A stretch of 64,000 nucleotides of DNA from Eledone cirrhosa. Its lineage: Eukaryota. The stretch is taken from positions 378,634,001-378,698,000 of the forward strand of contig OZ024740.1 of the NCBI GenBank assembly GCA_964016885.1, in the 5' to 3' direction. Made by a program: the position numbers and the translations under genes. Numbering within the stretch: position 1 is the first letter of the stretch; each line of letters opens with the position of its first letter. Shown here in pieces: positions 14,297-28,199 of the stretch. The notes beneath the pieces were generated by a model, which did not search any database, was not told where the DNA came from, and saw only the letters and a list, made by a program, of their open reading frames with translations.

Positions 14297-17020
14297 ACAA
14301 AGAGCGTGTAGTAAGATACCAGGTGGACCATAACGCACCAGAATACTCAGTACTTAGGTTAGTAGAGTGGGTAATAGGAAAAGAGTCAGGACCACGATAG
14401 TCCTGACTCTTTTCCTATTATCCACGGCTAAACAGGCCGAAATTCAAGAGTAAGAAAGCAGACTTACCTGAGTCAGGCATGCACGCGTGGCATTAAGATA
14501 AATTTTTTATCCTATACAACTATCTTTAATCTATAAAAACGGTAAACTTCAATTCAATGCAATAAGGAAAAAAAAAAAAAAAAAAAAAAAAACGAGAGAA
14601 AGAATATAATTTCAGCGTGTAAGAATCAAAGGTAACGTAGAGTGTTTAAGTTAAGTTTGCCTAAACCAACACTTGGCTAAAAAGCCAAGCATTTATATTT
14701 TATTACTAATTCAATTCCTGATAAAGAAATCTAGTTATCAATTACTCTGAGGCACAAGAAGGGCGCCTTATACACTAATTTACTTGTTTCTTCTTTTATA
14801 CTCAAACACCTAGAAACTCCACCCTTAGTCTAGTAAGGTGTCATAGCTATCTGTTTGGCCGGTTCCATAGGGCTGTATATATATTTTAGTAAGAGTGAAA
14901 ATATTCCGGGTTTACATAAGGAAGATTAGAAACTGTTTATAATAGTGTAAGATCCACCTAAGTGTATTTAGAAAGTGACAATAACAAAGAAAAAATTCTA
15001 TTTCTATCTAAGTATGCTTAGGGTTTCCTCTATCTTAGTTTGTAATTGGGAAAGAAATAAAGCTGAGATCTTCGCACCTGGGTCGTGAGGGGATTTCAAG
15101 GTAAGATATGTCCTATATATTCTGTGTTTACATGGGGTAACGAGTTCATCCTTTTTGTTTAACAATTGGTCCTTTTCAAACAGCATCTCGACCGTTTCCT
15201 CCGAGCATAAATTGCACGGACGGCGTCCTCCCGAGTAAGATTTTGCCTTGGAAAGTAGGCTCCAACTTAGGTGATAAGTAATATTGTTGTTTTGGAGGTC
15301 CCAAATATGGCCAGAAAGTGATGTTGCGTGCAGCCAGGCCGGGTTTCTAAATGAATGTTGATGTTGGTTATACTGGGTCTTAAACTCGCAGGCGGGTAAT
15401 CCAATGTAGGCCTTGTTGGAGTGTTCCGTCTTCATGCTGCACTGGTGGACCACGTTTCGTTCGAAGCATCTGGTGTTGAGGGAGCATGAGATCTATCCAG
15501 GCAATTTCAACTCCTAATTTGCTCACCGCTAATATCGTTGTTGTTTCTTCTGTTAGAGAGGAGTTTTTTTATTGTTAGATGAAGCAATGTTTTGTGTAAA
15601 GTTGGATGTAGTGTTGTAACAGTGTTTCTATTAATGATATTGTGGTAGCGGTGTTTGGGTGGGAAGTGTTTATCGAGAAGTCTGAAGAAGATCTTTTCAA
15701 TTGGTGTTGCAACCTCGGTATTGTGGGGAGTGTTGAACCACGTTACGTTGCGTGAGCGGCGCCGTCACCTGCTGGATCCGTTAGTAGGGCCTGGATAATA
15801 GGAAATGTTCTCTCAGAAGCAGCTTCTTTTGAGAGCCTGGTTGTAATATAGCGCGTGTTCATTAAAGATCTGCTTGTTTGTGGACAAGCGTGATATGCAG
15901 AGGGAGATATCTTTACTAAGTTGCTGGTAACGTTCCTTGGGTGGTTGGAACAGCGGTGGATATAGTGTAAATTTTCGTTTGGTTTCCTGTAGGGGTAGTA
16001 CAATTTGTTCTCCAGATTGACTGTAACATCCAGAAAGTTAACACGGGTAAGGGACGTCTGTAGGGTGATTTTGAAGCCCAAATCTCGGAAGAATTTGATG
16101 AGGTGTTTACGGATCCTGTCCGTGCTACTGAGGTTGTACCCTGTAAGGGTAACAAGCCCATCATCTCGGTACAGACCATCGCCGAACGCAGGAAACTTTT
16201 CAACGAGTTTTTGGAGTATGTATAGTCCTATAAGGCCAGTCACCTCAGTCGAACCCATACTGACGTCGAAAGGAGAGTCTAGAGCTCTCTTTATCCAAGT
16301 GGACTTTTCAAAGAGCAAGACAGTCTTCCTAGCGTAGAATATGATTTCAATTTCCTGGTCTGTAATGGGTGTAATAGTTTTGGTGTAATCCAAAGCAACT
16401 ATAAGGAGTGGTTGGCTAATAGAGGCATAGTAGTTCTCAATATCGAACTGGATGAAAGTGGTATTCCTTTTATCCTCGATATTCTTAAACCAGGAGATGA
16501 CTTCCTGATTGCTAATCCGAAGGCTAAGCCTTGCGTTTTGCTTGACTTTGGGTATAACGCGATCCCAAATCCTTTTACTGATCTTCCCTATATCCGACTT
16601 CGTCGGGTTTATAAGCCTGATGGATGGTTTGCGGTCGAAGTCGGATTTATGGTCCTTTAGGGTGAAATAAGGAGTCCGAGGGTTCGATACGATCGGATAT
16701 TCTGAGGCTGGAGGTAATATTTTATCCACCCGTATTTATGTAGTGGATCATGGAAGGGTTGGACTTTTTATAAGTTGAGGTCAAGCTACTCCTAATTAGT
16801 GAATGGTAACTGTCCGGGTTGACGAAATATAGATTTACAGTTTTGTCCGAATGCACAAGGATGTCGTTGGTGCTTCTGTACTCCGATATTTTGCTACAGA
16901 CTTATTGTTGGAATCGATTATGTCTAGGTTTGAATTTCACTCCCTTGATCAGGTTGAAAAGGTCAGTCTCAAAAGGTAAGAGCAAAGGGTTCGGTTGGGG
17001 AGATTTGTAGGTATTAAATC
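14296..17020 (-). mobile_element. Second, more decayed Naiad-type PLE (different subfamily)
   Basis: HSDKTVNLY (DKT motif), [41 protein letters not shown]...CKHR; frameshifts and stops; boundaries approximate. Confidence 0.88.
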
Positions 17021-17039
17021 AATATGTCTTATTAAGGTC

Positions 17040-17920
17040 AAAGTGGATTAACTCAAATTTATCCTCGTTCAGCAGCATACTGTTCTTTTCCGCCAATTGG
17101 ATAACAGCCAGTAGGTCTGACTGAAGGCATGTCCGGTCACCCACTTCATTGATGACCTTCTGGAGCTTGGAATCATTTGCAAAGATTCTTATGTTACTGT
17201 GCTTGATGATGTTAGTAAGTGATGAAAAGAAGTGGAACAAACACAGTGCCTTGCGGAACGCCACTACTGACTTTAGTTGGGCCTCATTTTACTCCTTTGA
17301 CGACAGCATGTTGGGCTCTTTCTGTCAGGAAACACTTGATCCATTGCAGTAACTTTCCAGAGACACCAATGTTGGATAGTGTTTTCAATAGAATCTTGTG
17401 ATCAACCATGTTAAAGCCTTGCTGGAATCAAGGTAGATGACATCAGTGTTGGAGCCCTCTTCCAACGCTCTCAAAATGTCACCAAAGTGATGCAGGAGCT
17501 GCGTTAAGAAGTCCCTTCCTTTACGGAACCCATATTGGTTGGAGTTCAGCAGTTTGTTGCTTTCAAGAAAATGGGTTATTCGTGATCTTACCACCCTCTC
17601 AAATACCTTGATGACTTGATGATATGAGAGGTGAGTGAGATCGGACGGTAGTTTACTGCAAGGGACTTGTTTCCCTTTTTGAAAACTGGGATAACAGACT
17701 GGGACAGAAGGTTTTCAGGAATATAGCCAGCATCCAGTGAGTTCTTCCACAGATTAGCAAGAGGAGATGCAAGTTGGTGTCGACTCACCTTCAGGACACA
17801 AACAGGAAACCTATTGGGGCCTACTGCTGAATAGTGTTTAATTTCGTTTATTGCCGCTAAGACATCAGGAGTGCCAAACGTTATGTCCGATATAGTGTGT
17901 AGGCGATTAACATCACTGAC
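17040..17920 (-). mobile_element. Older internal fragment of the CR1/L2-group LINE family
   Basis: [37 protein letters not shown]; homologous to about 54170-55050 with frameshifts. Confidence 0.88.
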
Positions 17921-18470
17921 CCCCCCCCCCCCCCCCCAAAAAAAAACCCCCACCAGAGCAACTGTAGCTCTGTAAAATATATGCGGCAGTCAACAGGTTA
18001 AATGAGTTGATAATACAACCATATAAAGGCAAAAACATTTTAAAGCTCAATGTGAGATTATAGTCCACAGCAAGATAGGTAAAAAAAAAACAGTTCAGAA
18101 TTTAATTCATTCGGTAAATTCCAATCACAATAGTTTTATAATCTCACAGAACATATATACATATATATAAAGAACAAGATTAACAAGGATTTAAATTAAG
18201 TGATTTAGTCGATTTACGGGTGTTTCATTAAACTAGCAAGAATATAACATTCATGTTAGAACAACTTATTTCAATTGATTAAATACAAATAATCTATACC
18301 TTACATGCCCATGAATTTCAGTGACAGAGCGCAAAACATACAATGCAAACAAAAGCATTCAAATGTTGTCGGAAAAACGTTAACATTTATGGAAGCTTAA
18401 ATACGTTATTAAAATTTGTCATTGATAGAATGTAAAATATAATGTTCAGTAACTATAGATATTTTACAAA

Positions 18471-18720
18471 TTTATGCCTGTGATTATTGGGGCACTGGGA
18501 TATGTTAGTAACTGCCTCAGTAAAAATCTTGAAAAGCTGGGCTTCACAAAAACAGAAAGAACACGATTAATTAGGAAATGAAAAGTACAATCCGTTAATG
18601 GAACAGTAAAAATATGTAAAACATTTCAAACATTCTGTATCTAATAGTTGCATATACACTTGTACAGATATAAAGCAGACCCCCCACACACACCCACACC
18701 CACACATGCACACACATATA
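18471..18720 (+). mobile_element. 3' end fragment of an R4/Dong-like RLE LINE followed by (CATA)n
   Basis: PVIIGALGYVSNC; homologous to about 51430-51700. Confidence 0.8.
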
Positions 18721-18798
18721 CACACACACATACATACATACATACATACATACATACATACATACATACATACATACATACATACATACATACATACA

Positions 18799-19410
18799 TG
18801 GTGGCTGCCAGCTCGTTTTCGAGTACGGCCACTACTTTATATCCATGTAGGAGAACCCCTACCGATGCGCTGAACGAGTGGGACTTTTTATTCCAGCCAG
18901 CCAGCGACTTGACAACTCTGGTACAAACACTACACTTGTGACAATTATTGACACATAGTGCTGGGCCTATGGTACCATGTGACGACAAGTACAGAGAGAT
19001 CTCCATATATAAAGCAATGCCTGTGCCGTGAAGCTTTTATAGTGAGAAAAGGCACTGCACAAAGCCAGTCCCACTCTCTTAACCAAGATGATATTTACCA
19101 AAAAGAAGAACAAGTCAACATCATTGGATACCATCAGAGTTGCAGGTGTTATATCAGAGTTTTCCTTCTCCTAGAATTCTGCCTTGACAAAGGCTAAGGG
19201 GTCATCTCTCCCGGTGATTTTGGATGGTCATTGACTCTTAAGAGCTCCTTTGCTCTTTGACAGGTTTTGTTTTTAGTCCTGCAGGATGTCCAAAGTCACC
19301 CTCCTCACCAAGAAACCTTGGTGGGATTGCCAGTTTAATCGCCAACGACCCGACCATGGGACAGGTTGTGCTGGAATACATGTTACCAGTAGCAGCAACT
19401 GGTGACCTGA
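18799..19410 (-). mobile_element. Probable RTE-type 5'UTR island between two (CATA)n tracts
   Basis: Minus strand has AAACTGGCAATCCCACC...GGTGAGGAGGG and CTAGGAGAAGGAAACTCTGAT, motifs I recall from invertebrate RTE 5' regions; GC-richer than flanks. Confidence 0.5.
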
Positions 19411-19716
19411 CATACATACATACATACATACATACATACATACATACATACATACATACATACATAAGAATGTCGATCCTGAACAAGGTCGCTGAAACTG
19501 CATGCATGACTGGAGGGTTTTTGATCAGAAGCATTCCGGTCATGGTTATCCTGTCTTTTAACGGTTACATCTAGGTTTACATTATTCAATGCTTCAGTAA
19601 GAGCGTGATTTGGATGTTTTTTCTAACAGATTCAGAGACCACTAAATGAATACAAAGTGTATTAAACAAAATATGTTGATTTCTTGCATCTATTCTATCA
19701 GTCGGTCTACTAGAAA

Positions 19717-19863
<147 letters not shown>

Positions 19864-20412
19864 ATATATACATACATATATAGGAAAAATAATAATAAAC
19901 ATTTGCTGATGCACCTAATGTTATATATGCATGTAATATTTACAATACACAAGGAAAAATAAATTACAATTTCTTTAAAGATATAAGTAGGTTATCGGAA
20001 ATAGTCATGATTATATAACATTTAGATAATCTATTTAGATTCTAAATAGTTTTTTCATTAGCATGTTTCGTTGAGTTGCTTTTCAAATTTTATTTTTGAT
20101 TTGTGTTGGATATATATATATTCCCACATACTGATATATGTCATGTTAAAATTATGTCTCCATATGTTGTTTTTCTTTGTCGTTTGAGTAAAAAAGTAGA
20201 TACTTTTCATAAATAACTTTAAACCGAATCTGAATTCATTATACACAAAATTTGCAATACTTAGTCAAACCAGTCAGTCCGCTTGTCACTGGTTGTATTT
20301 TCTTCGACACAAGCCATAAAGTTTTATCAAAATCATAAGCATCATTAGACAACACGTGGAGTATATAATTTCAACATGTGAAAAAAAAATTCAATACAAA
20401 CCAAAATGAAAC

Positions 20413-20523
<111 letters not shown>

Positions 20524-21110
20524 CATTCGCGAAAAGTCAATACTGGGGAACGATACTGTACAATGAAGATACATATTAGTTTCAGGAAAAGTGTCTTAAC
20601 GTTTCGGACATTAGTTCTTTATGGGAAGAACAATTGAGAGGCAGGAATATGAAGAAACGGAAAGTGAATTTTTTACGTGAATAAAGCATATGTATGTTTC
20701 TCTTTCTCTTAATTTCGAGTACATTCTTGACCGGCCAACTTTATGTAAATTTTGTCAAAATATAAATTAAAATCCACATTTCAAAAATTATGTTCGAATA
20801 CATGGCCTGGGAAATCGAGCTTACTGAGACAGTTGTCTGCCGATTGATAGAAACATCTGGCCATCCATATAAGACAGAGGGCTTTGTTAAAAATACAATG
20901 ATTCTATTTTTAATACAAAACTCAATTCAGAAACTTCAGCGTTTTGGGAATTGAATAATAATTTTAACAGTGTGGCGACAAAGTGCTGTCCTGTTATTTT
21001 TTGCGGGATTCATAAACGTTTCAGAAGCATTGTGCGAAATATATCAGCAATGCAGTTTCCTTTTGTTTATTTGATGCGTATGTGTGTGTGTGTACACACA
21101 CACACACACA

Positions 21111-21251
<141 letters not shown>

Positions 21252-21329
21252 ATTTTGAGAAAGCCGGCACAATAGAAATAGGAAAAAGAATTGTGAAAGT
21301 AAGGATAAAACAAAACAATATTATTTACT

Positions 21330-22960
21330 TTTTATTTCATTATATTTCGATATTGAAACCTCTTTATCAAAAGATAAGAAAATCGGAGAGAAATGTTCTT
21401 TCCAGCTGTCCTTTGTAGTGAAAGTGGAAGTCAGTCGATGGAAATGACATGCGAATATCAGTGTGATCACATTAGCCAGTCGGCCCCATGTAACTAAAAT
21501 CTTTTATTAATAATTGGTTCAAATCTGTTTATAAAAATAGCCTCTTTGATGTTTAAATTTCCTGTGTTCCTCTCGATAGCTTCTATGGCAATCTTAGTAT
21601 TTCGGGTGTAGCATTTTTACAGGGTTTTTTGACAGATGAAACACTCGTATTACTATCTTCTTGGATCCGTATGTATAATTTCCGTACAGTGCTTCCAGAA
21701 TATGAACCGCTACCTTTGTTGCAGGTAATCTTGTATAACACATAAGACCTCATATTGTTAGTGGGTGGGGGTCGGTCTTTTAATTTTAACCCCTTTAGTG
21801 AGCGTACTAGTGTTGAGATTTCATTTGCGAAGGAGTTCGGCTTATAAATCCACTATTACTAAGGGTTTAAATTAATTAAATTGATCGATTTGCATATTAT
21901 AATGATTTCTTAGCATAGTTCCATTAATAGATTACGGGCAATTAACAATGTATTGTTTCAATGCTATTCTGTACTGCACAGTATGACTATAGATTTTAAG
22001 TATCACTATATAATAGTGTCTCTATAAAATATCGCCGTGAACAGAGAAAAAGTATATGGCGGATTTGTTTCATTTGTCGAAATTTCACCAGTGAGTGACT
22101 GAGCGCCCTATTTAACTGCTCTCAGATACACTGCTTATAAGCTCAATATCACTAAGTTTTAAAGTAAATAGAATAATATACTGATTTGAGTATTATAACT
22201 CATTTTTAGCTGCTAGTTCTGAAAAATCAAGTTGTCTTTCATTGGTTCATAAAATAATGTAACGATTTAAATTCTTTAATCAGTTCCTTCTTTAGATAAT
22301 TGTTACATTCAACATGTCCATCTTTGGAATGATTTATTCTTGAATCTCTCTCAAGATTTATATATATTTTCGTCTGTGATTTATACATAGTTTCGTCTTT
22401 GTAGTTCAGGTTCGACTTTTGTTAATCAATATTTTGTCGGTATGGTAAGGTTTGATATTGATGTGTTTTGTTATTTATGTTGCTTGGTTTGGGATTTTTA
22501 ATTTCAATGCTTATATCTTTAATATTTTGATTCTCATTTTTCTTTTTGCAAATTTATGTTTTTTTTGTTCATCGATCGAATCATTTCATTTAGCTCTATT
22601 TAGCTTTTTACTTTAAGGGAGGTTATACCTGGAAAATATTAATTTAGTATGCAACCGTATTTCCCTTGTGTCCATCAATGACTTTCTGTTTTATTTGCCG
22701 GACTTGGAGAGAAAAGTCCATCTTTTGAATTAAATTATTGTCATTTTGATCAGGCACGAGCTTATTTCTTTCTGGCAATGCGAAGTTTTAAATGCTCTGT
22801 TTTGTGAATGTGTACACATCAAATTCAAAGTATGCATTTCCTTTTTATCCTCAGGCCAAATAATAGACTTACTTCATTTGTATAGTCTGCCAGATTTTTT
22901 CTTTTGGATTAAATATCTCTGGTGTTGATTTGGCATGAATAGCAACAAAAGTTGCAATAT
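21330..22960 (-). mobile_element. Highly decayed PLE relic (GIY-YIG remnant)
   Basis: Minus about 21660-21755 reads VLYKITCNKGSGSYSGSTVRKLYIRIQE; degenerate TTTGATAAAG...TCGAAATAT near 21341-21372; boundaries uncertain. Confidence 0.55.
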
Positions 22961-22985
22961 ATTAAAACAGAAGAGGTAACATTTT

Positions 22986-23119
22986 AATAATTGTTTCTAC
23001 TTTAGGCACAAGGCCAGCAATTACCCAGTGCATTACTGGTACTTTATTTTATCGACCCCGTAAGGATGAAAGGCAAAGTTAACCTCGGCGGGATTTGAAC
23101 TCAGAATGGCAAGGGCCGC
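22986..23119 (-). mobile_element. SINE family A, partial
   Basis: Reverse complement of B-box, central domain and tail. Confidence 0.85.
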
Positions 23120-23476
23120 AGCAGTCATACATATATTGTACAAATATTTTAATAGATATCTGAATGATTATCGTTCTTTATAATTTTTATGTTTTTCAAC
23201 TTTCTCGCTGAATTACATTCGACGTTTACATTTTATCAGTGACTGTTTGATGTTGGAAACAATTTGAATCGGAAGGGACGTAATTTATTATTGTTAAATT
23301 GTATTTACTTGATGGCAGGAAATTGTAACAGTTCATGTTAGCTCAATTTACTCTTTGAAGACTTTAGTTTAATGTTATTCTTGAATGCATACTTAAACTA
23401 ATTTTAGATATAGTTCTTTTCATACTATTCTCTTTTATTACTTCAGTGAGATAATAGCGATAGGTTACTGATATAA

Positions 23477-23614
23477 TTATAATTGTTTCTACTTTTGGCA
23501 CAAGGCCAGCAATTACCAGTGGATTACTGGTACTTTATTTTATCGACTCCGTAAGGATGAAAAGCAAAGTTAACATCGGCGGGATTTGAACTCAGAATGG
23601 CAAGGGCCTTAACT
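23477..23614 (-). mobile_element. SINE family A, partial
   Basis: Same motifs as 22986-23119. Confidence 0.85.
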
Positions 23615-24252
23615 ATAATTATAATATCTTTCTATTTTCTGTAAAAGAATTAACAAATAATTTTCGCACAGAGCTGTGTTAAATTAGATAAATAAACTGC
23701 TTTCATATTTCCGCCAACCTAAAAAACAAAAAAAAAACAAAAAAAAAACAAATGAAAAAACAAACCCCATTCTAAAGGAAATCTTAGGTAGCCCATTAAT
23801 CATTCGGCCATTGGATCATGATAAAATGTTGTTCACAGTGAACTATATATTTATTTTACTTTCGGATTACGCTACTAACATTACGCACATTGACATTATG
23901 TGGGCTATATTGTAAATTATGCCCGTATTTCAAGAAAAGAAAAAGTAGTAAAACAAAAATAGAGAGACTCTTAAATACAAATAATTCTTTTGTTTCACAA
24001 TTAGGAATATTTCCCTTGTGTTTAACTTAGAATATTCAGTTTGTTTTAGCATTTCAACACTGTTGTATAGGCTCAAGTTATCACTTTACATAAAGCTTTT
24101 TTTTTTATTCATTATTTCTATGGCTGTAATATCAACATTTGCTCTAGAATTAATGTAGAAACTAATTAGTTTCTTATCTGAAACGGTCAGATATTTTTTA
24201 TGGTTTATATGATACATTGAAAATAAAATCTGACGATATTATATTTTATAAA

Positions 24253-24999
24253 GGGCGGTGGATTGGCAGTATCGGTAGAGGGTCGGACGCCATGTTTTCC
24301 AGCATAGTTACGTCCCTTTACGATCTGAGTTCAAATCTCGCCGAGGTTGACTTTGCCTTTCATCCTTACGGGGTCGATAAAGTACCAGTAATGCACTGGG
24401 TAATTGCTGGCCTTGTGCCTAAAATAGAAACAATTATTATATTTTATTCTTTCTAGAGAACTAATTATTGTTTCTATTTTTGGCACAAGGCCAGCAATTA
24501 TCCCAGTGTATTACTGGTACTTTATTTTATCGACCCCGTAAGGATGAATGGCAAAGTTAACCTCGGCGGGATTTGAACTCAGACCGTAAAGGGACGTAAC
24601 TGTACTGCAAAGCATGGCGTCCGACCCTCTACCGATACTGCCAATTGAAATTAGTACTTATTGACTATCCCAATAAACCAATTATTGTTTTATTTTCCCC
24701 ATTGATTGTATCATTATCAACTAATGCCATTTTCTTTAATTTATCTTTCTATGTTTGCATAATAGATCTTTCTAACTTTATTTAGTATATTATTAATATG
24801 CTAAATAGGGCGGTAGATTGGCAGTATCGGTAGAGGGTCGGACGCCATGCTTTCCAGCATAGTTACGTCCCTTTACGATCTGAGTTCAAATCCCGCCGAG
24901 GTTGACTTTGCCTTTCATCCTTACGGGGTCGATAAAATAAAGTACCAGTAATGCACTGGGTAATAGCTGGCCTTGTGCCTAAAGTAGAAACAATTATTA
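24253..24999. mobile_element. Three near full-length SINE A copies (+ 24253-24440, - 24463-24645, + 24808-24999)
   Basis: GGGCGG..GATTGGCAGTATCGGTAGAGGGTCGGACGCCATG starts; B-box; AACAATTATT tails. Confidence 0.92.
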
Positions 25000-25079
25000 A
25001 TAGGCTAAATAGCGGATTCAATCAATATACAAAGTATTGTTAGTATGATATGACATTGTACTATACTTCTGAACATAAT

Positions 25080-27180
25080 AGATTTTAAATCTTGCTTGTC
25101 TGTTTGTCTCCTATGCACTTGCAAACCAAGGAACCAATCATGTTCAAACTAGGTATGTGAGTTCCTTAGACTCGGGAATAGGTTTTCCTGAAACTTGGAT
25201 CTATATTCATTTGTTTATATGTTTGTTTATCTGTTTGTCAATCTGTGGTCATGGTGGTCGTCGTGAGTTATCGTCTTCACTACAACGGAATGTGATGGAA
25301 AATAGAGAGAATGAAGAAGTGAGAATTTGAGAGAAAGTCGGCACACGTCAAATTAAATAGAGCGCTGAAAGCCAAAGATGGAAGTAAGCAAGTAAATTAA
25401 CAATGCATAAACGAAGAGAGAAAGAAACAGAGATAAAGAAAGCGAAGGACGTGAGTCGTACGTGTTAAGTGTAGTAGCCGACACCAGAGAAACAAACGCA
25501 CGTTTTTTTCAGTATTGAATGTCCCCCTCTCTCCTGCATGAAAGGCGATACGACTAAAACAAGTAAGCAACGCATATTGAATGAACATAAATCTGCCTAA
25601 GTCATGTTTGTAGTTGGCGGCGGTAACACTGTTGCTATCTCACCATTACCATGACTACGAACGTTATCTTTACAAACTCAAGAAAGCTTCAAGATATAAG
25701 ATTTAAAACAAAGGCAACGAAGCTGAGTTCCAGCTAGATCCTGCCAACAAAATCTCCATGCGGCTTAATTGACCTGGGTGCGGCCCGGTCCCCTTAGAGT
25801 GCAAGAAGTTAAAGGCCGAAACACATGCGTGAGGGAGTTTCATACCACTATCTTCTTCATATCTTTCCCGTGTGTGTGTATATATATACCACATCTTATA
25901 TAGCTCCGTGTGTATATGTGTGCGTATCAGCCTCACAATAAATTTTGGGTTCTTTATTTGATTTATAGAAACACTATTAAAAATAGTACATGTGAAACTT
26001 GTAATATTTTTTTGCATATTCATTTCTGTTAGTTTTTGTTTGTTGTTTCCGAAAAACAGCTGAAAGTTAATGCAATGAGTCCTAATTCAACGAAATTTGA
26101 TTCGACTTAGATCCATCATAAACAGAAACATTTTAAATTTTTAAATAAATAATAGTGTCTTAGGAAGTTGCAAGCAAAACATGCTACCGAAGAATAGACA
26201 TTCATTTGGAAGAAAATCATCTAATAAAACTCTAGCAAAGCAGCTACAAAGGGAGAATGAAAGTGAAGAGCAGCGACAAGAAAGACCCCCAAAACAAAGA
26301 AAAGTAACAGCGTAATATAGGCAAAATGAATCAGAACAACAAAGATAATAAGGGTTTGCTGATGATAGGACAAGGAAAGAAACTATTCGTCAAGAGGAAT
26401 TAGATGAACAAAAGTACAGCACAAAACAGACAGGATAAATCAGATGCAAAAAGATAATCAAGGCTTCAATAAGGAAGAATAATATGTGCACAGAATAGAC
26501 AGGATAAATCAGATAGGGCAATGGAAGCAACTATTCGTTAAGAGGAATCAGATGTACGAAAATCACTAAGACAACAAATGGAGAGAAATAGAGCAGCTCT
26601 AAAACGATACGAAGGAACTGAAGCTCAAACTACCCAAAGGCTATGTGAACGGAGAGCAAGAACAGAAGATTTATGATTTGGAAAGGTTGCCGAGTGGAAT
26701 TTTGTTGCGTCTATGCCTCAGAATCTTTAATTCGAATTTCCTCAATGAACAAAATTTGTCCAAATTGTGGTGCTAAAATTAGAATGATGAGTCAATAAGA
26801 TTTGTTTAAATGAAAAGATTAAGTTTAAACTATTACCTGAACCACCAAAACCCTTATTAGTACAACTACTGAAACAAGCCACTTTCTTCAAATATCATCC
26901 ATGAAGGTAGCTTTATACCCACTTTCAAGTTCCAAAGACAAGTGGACCATAGAATTGGACCACTTCAGTCCCTTTCAGAAGAGAAAACAAAATATTTACA
27001 TCAGTCAGTATTTCATCAGTAATATGAAAACCCAAGAAGAGACAAGTTATGAAAGGAATAAAGAAACAAAGTATGAAATCATATTGCAACTACAATATAT
27101 GTTACATGCAAGAAACAACCATATTAGAAGTTTCAAATATACCATAGAAAACATTTTGGATGAAATTTCATTATCTTGAA
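25080..27180 (+). mobile_element. Decayed Helitron (Rep N-terminal region)
   Basis: ISSMNKICPNCGAK (about 26735), GSFIPTFKFQRQVDHRIG (about 26905, cf. PTFKIQGQVYHRIG), ILQLQYMLHARNNHIRSFK; GTCTGTTTGTC 5' motif near 25098; left boundary uncertain. Confidence 0.7.
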
Positions 27181-27261
27181 AAAAACAGTATTTTCATTTA
27201 TTAATTTGCGATACTTGTGGTCTGGTGAGAAATTTCTTTCTATGATAGTAAAAAACATTGA

Positions 27262-27600
27262 ATGACTCCGCACATGTCACTGATCTGGTTTGAATTTACC
27301 TTTTGCACAAGCTCAAAGAAGAAATACCTGTTCTACAAGGTTGTTTATATAGAGACGATGCCCTATTTACCGTTAATAATTACAACTGTCTAGTACAACC
27401 ACACCAATCACGCCAGGGGATAATGGAATAAATACGTTAGACTATCCACTTAATACCACCGCTCTACCTAATATAAGTTGTAATTGTAAGATTCCTAGTA
27501 AATGCCCACTTGGCAGTTCGTGCCTATTTAGAAACATAGTGTGTAAATGTACGGTAAGTAACCAGCATAATAGTAACTCTTATATCGGGCCACAGCTAAT
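27262..27600 (+). mobile_element. Internally deleted Naiad PLE relic
   Basis: DSAHVTDLV*IYLLHKL...LYRDDAL followed shortly by CNCKIPSKCPLGSSCLFRNIVCKC...SYIG. Confidence 0.75.
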
Positions 27601-28199
27601 ATACAGGTAGAAACAATTGTAAGAGTATACACGCCTTAACTCTTTGGTTTTATTTAAATTATTAATGTGTGTGTATATATATATATATAATTTACTACTC
27701 CTAAATTATTATATAGGCAGGTTTGAAATGGTTATAAAAGAAACAGTAAAATAATTAAATTAAATAATTGGTCACATTTCTGTCTTCATAGATTTTCCAA
27801 AAAACACTACTCGTTTTCACTGATAAAATAAAGCACCAGTAATGCACTGAGATAATTGTTGGCTTTGTGCCAAAAGTAGAAAGAATTATAAATGTTCTTT
27901 GCTATATATTTAGAATAATTTGAATGAATCATTTTGAAAAAAAATAAATTAGATATAAGTGGGTGCCTCACGAACTCAACATGAATGCAAGATTAATATA
28001 TTTTAGAATTTGATTTAATGCCACCTTGGGGGATGCAGATTTAAAATTATTTTCAATTTAACATGACTATGACGTACATCCACAGATCCTATTTCCATAA
28101 TATGTAGGAGTCAGATATCTGATTTGCTAACATTTTTGTCTTCCTACTTTTATCCGATTGATAGATACCAGTGTTCGATGGTATTTTAACTGATCTCTC

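Noticed and set aside
17940-18001. piggyBac-like terminus (GGCAGTCAACAGG-TTAA)
   Set aside because: No matching second terminus or transposase seen.
18799-18885. HDV-like ribozyme on the plus strand
   Set aside because: P1-, P2- and P4-like pairings exist, but there is no room for P3/L3 and no GG for P1.1.
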